From the IMG/VR virus record IMGVR_UViG_2713896899_000015: a stretch of 15,377 nucleotides of DNA; one strand, given 5' to 3'. Below, piece after piece: positions 14,139 through 15,377 of this stretch. The notes beneath the pieces are model-generated. The model was not told where the DNA came from. It made no database searches and was given only the letters and a program-made list of their open reading frames with translations. The stretch's first letter is position 1, and each line of letters opens with the position of its first letter. Origin of the DNA: a virus (Duplodnaviria; Heunggongvirae; Uroviricota; Caudoviricetes). A program made the translations under genes and the position numbers.

Positions 14139-15377
14139 TCAAGAATTTTGGGTGTAAATTCGCGGGGTCATAACAACGATTTTTTCATCATTGTTCTGGA
14201 GAAGCTCGAGACGGTCTACCCATAGATTAAGAGCATCACGTTTTGCATCAAGATAACGGGAGTGGTTATAGACTCGTTGCATCCCTGGCATCTGGTGGGC
14301 TGTAAGCTGCTCGACAATATGCGGATCCACGCCTAAATCGTTCAGCATGGTTGTAAATGTGTGCCGGATATCGTGTAACGTCCAGGGGGCTTGATTAATT
14401 CGTCTGTGCGCTGTTCTTCCGTACTCTGCTACGGATGATTGCCCTTTCAGTTCTCCAAGCAATAAGCCCGTGTGCCTGTTCTTCTCCACCAGCTGCGTGA
14501 CGAACGGCAGAATGCTTTCCGGTATTGGTCTGAATATGGCGACCTTCGTTTTGCTGTGCTCCTTCGGTACTGTCCAGAGCATTTCCTTAAAATCCCACTC
14601 CTGCACCTCAGAGCGCCTTAGCTCAGTGGTACGGCATCCAAAAACAATCAGGAGGCGAATTAGGGCGCTGTAGTACGGCGGGAAGATTTTTTCATCCAGT
14701 GCGCGGAGTAGTTCCCCAAGCTCTTTGTTTGTCAGTACACGCTCACTTATTTCTGCTTTTTTCCCCACATCACCTACGACCATATCATCAAGAACGTTGC
14801 TGATTGCGTATCGTCGTTTTCGGCAGTACTTAAGCGCCTGTTTGCATACCTGTAGCAAAAATCCGGCTGATACCGGATTACGCTTAGCAAGCTGGTCAAA
14901 ACAGGCCAGCCAGTGGCGTAGCTCGCATTTTTCCAGTGGCATAGCGCCAATCTGGCTAATTATGTGTTTATTGATCCGGCTTTTCAGTGATTCGTAGTCA
15001 GTGCGCTTTTCCTTTGCGTACGATTCAAGCCAGTAAGTGAGCGCTTCCTTAACCGTCACGGGGGCTAACGCATCCTGTACAGCATGATTAAGTTCATAAC
15101 GCGGATTTTTCCCCTCAGCCAGCCAGGCGCGACACTGTGCCGCTTTTTCCCTGGCAGCTTTCAGGCTCAGATCGGGATAATTGCCCAGCCTCAGACGTTC
15201 CGGTGATATCTGCCTACCAGTTCCGGCCCTGTAAGTGAAATACCAGGTTAACAGGCCATTGATTGAATGCCTTACGCTAAGGTTGCCACCATCATTAAAA
15301 AAGGTGCTTTTTGTGGTTGGTGATCCGCTTAATTTTCGTAAAAGAGTGTCGCTAAGTCTATGAATTGCCCTGCTCAT
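14139..15377 (-). CDS. int: Tyrosine recombinase / site-specific integrase, P4-like (412 aa; start codon on the window edge)
   Basis: C-terminal catalytic region HDIRHTF...LTAHQMPGMQRVYNHSRY contains the H-x-x-R and terminal Tyr nucleophile context of tyrosine integrases. Size is typical of P4-family integrases. The ATG occupies 15375-15377, so a further upstream start cannot be excluded. Confidence 0.9.
   Translation of the reverse strand: MSRAIHRLSDTLLRKLSGSPTTKSTFFNDGGNLSVRHSINGLLTWYFTYRAGTGRQISPERLRLGNYPDLSLKAAREKAAQCRAWLAEGKNPRYELNHAVQDALAPVTVKEALTYWLESYAKEKRTDYESLKSRINKHIISQIGAMPLEKCELRHWLACFDQLAKRNPVSAGFLLQVCKQALKYCRKRRYAISNVLDDMVVGDVGKKAEISERVLTNKELGELLRALDEKIFPPYYSALIRLLIVFGCRTTELRRSEVQEWDFKEMLWTVPKEHSKTKVAIFRPIPESILPFVTQLVEKNRHTGLLLGELKGQSSVAEYGRTAHRRINQAPWTLHDIRHTFTTMLNDLGVDPHIVEQLTAHQMPGMQRVYNHSRYLDAKRDALNLWVDRLELLQNNDEKIVVMTPRIYTQNS

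Larger units (their letters stand above)
1..15377 (-). mobile_element. cf-PICI-like phage satellite / integrative island (int-alpA-pri/rep-ori-ssb-head-HNH-terS-terL); ends not resolved within window
   Basis: Co-linear minus-strand operon with tightly coupled genes (ATGA/TGATG overlaps), integrase at one end, replication module with iteron origin, complete head and terminase genes but no tail or lysis genes. Left boundary may lie inside or beyond the 1..1543 noncoding region. Confidence 0.6.

Noticed and set aside
1-15377. tRNA or other structured RNA gene marking the integration site
   Set aside because: No cloverleaf-compatible sequence was recognised. The tRNA target typical of P4-like integrases would lie beyond the right edge, next to the int start.

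Overview
The window reads as one ~15 kb integrated mobile element of Enterobacteriaceae type, with nearly all genes on the minus strand. Read right to left: a P4-like tyrosine integrase (its start sits on the window's right edge), an AlpA-family regulator, a divergent regulatory switch with a small ribbon-helix-helix (RHH) gene, three small unknown genes, a large primase/helicase-type replication initiator, an iteron origin immediately downstream, SSB, a ProQ/FinO-domain RNA chaperone, then a complete HK97-type head and packaging set (major capsid with delta domain, prohead protease, portal, head-closure, gp6-like connector, HNH endonuclease, P27-family TerS, TerL). There are no tail, baseplate, lysis or virion-structural genes beyond the head in the window. 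This matches a capsid-forming phage-inducible chromosomal island (cf-PICI)-like phage satellite: it would build its own capsids and package its own DNA but borrow helper-phage tails. Family assignments are from motifs recognised by eye, not from searches. The leftmost ~1.5 kb has no convincing gene and is densely structured: a second, inverted copy of the origin iteron cluster, 10-bp-phased direct-repeat arrays that recur upstream of the capsid gene, a 23-bp element present twice, and several perfect palindromes. The most interesting leads are the satellite architecture itself, the duplicated inverted iteron clusters (ori plus a P4 crr-like site), the phased repeat arrays, and the RHH switch. 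Island boundaries and att sites are not resolvable inside the window.
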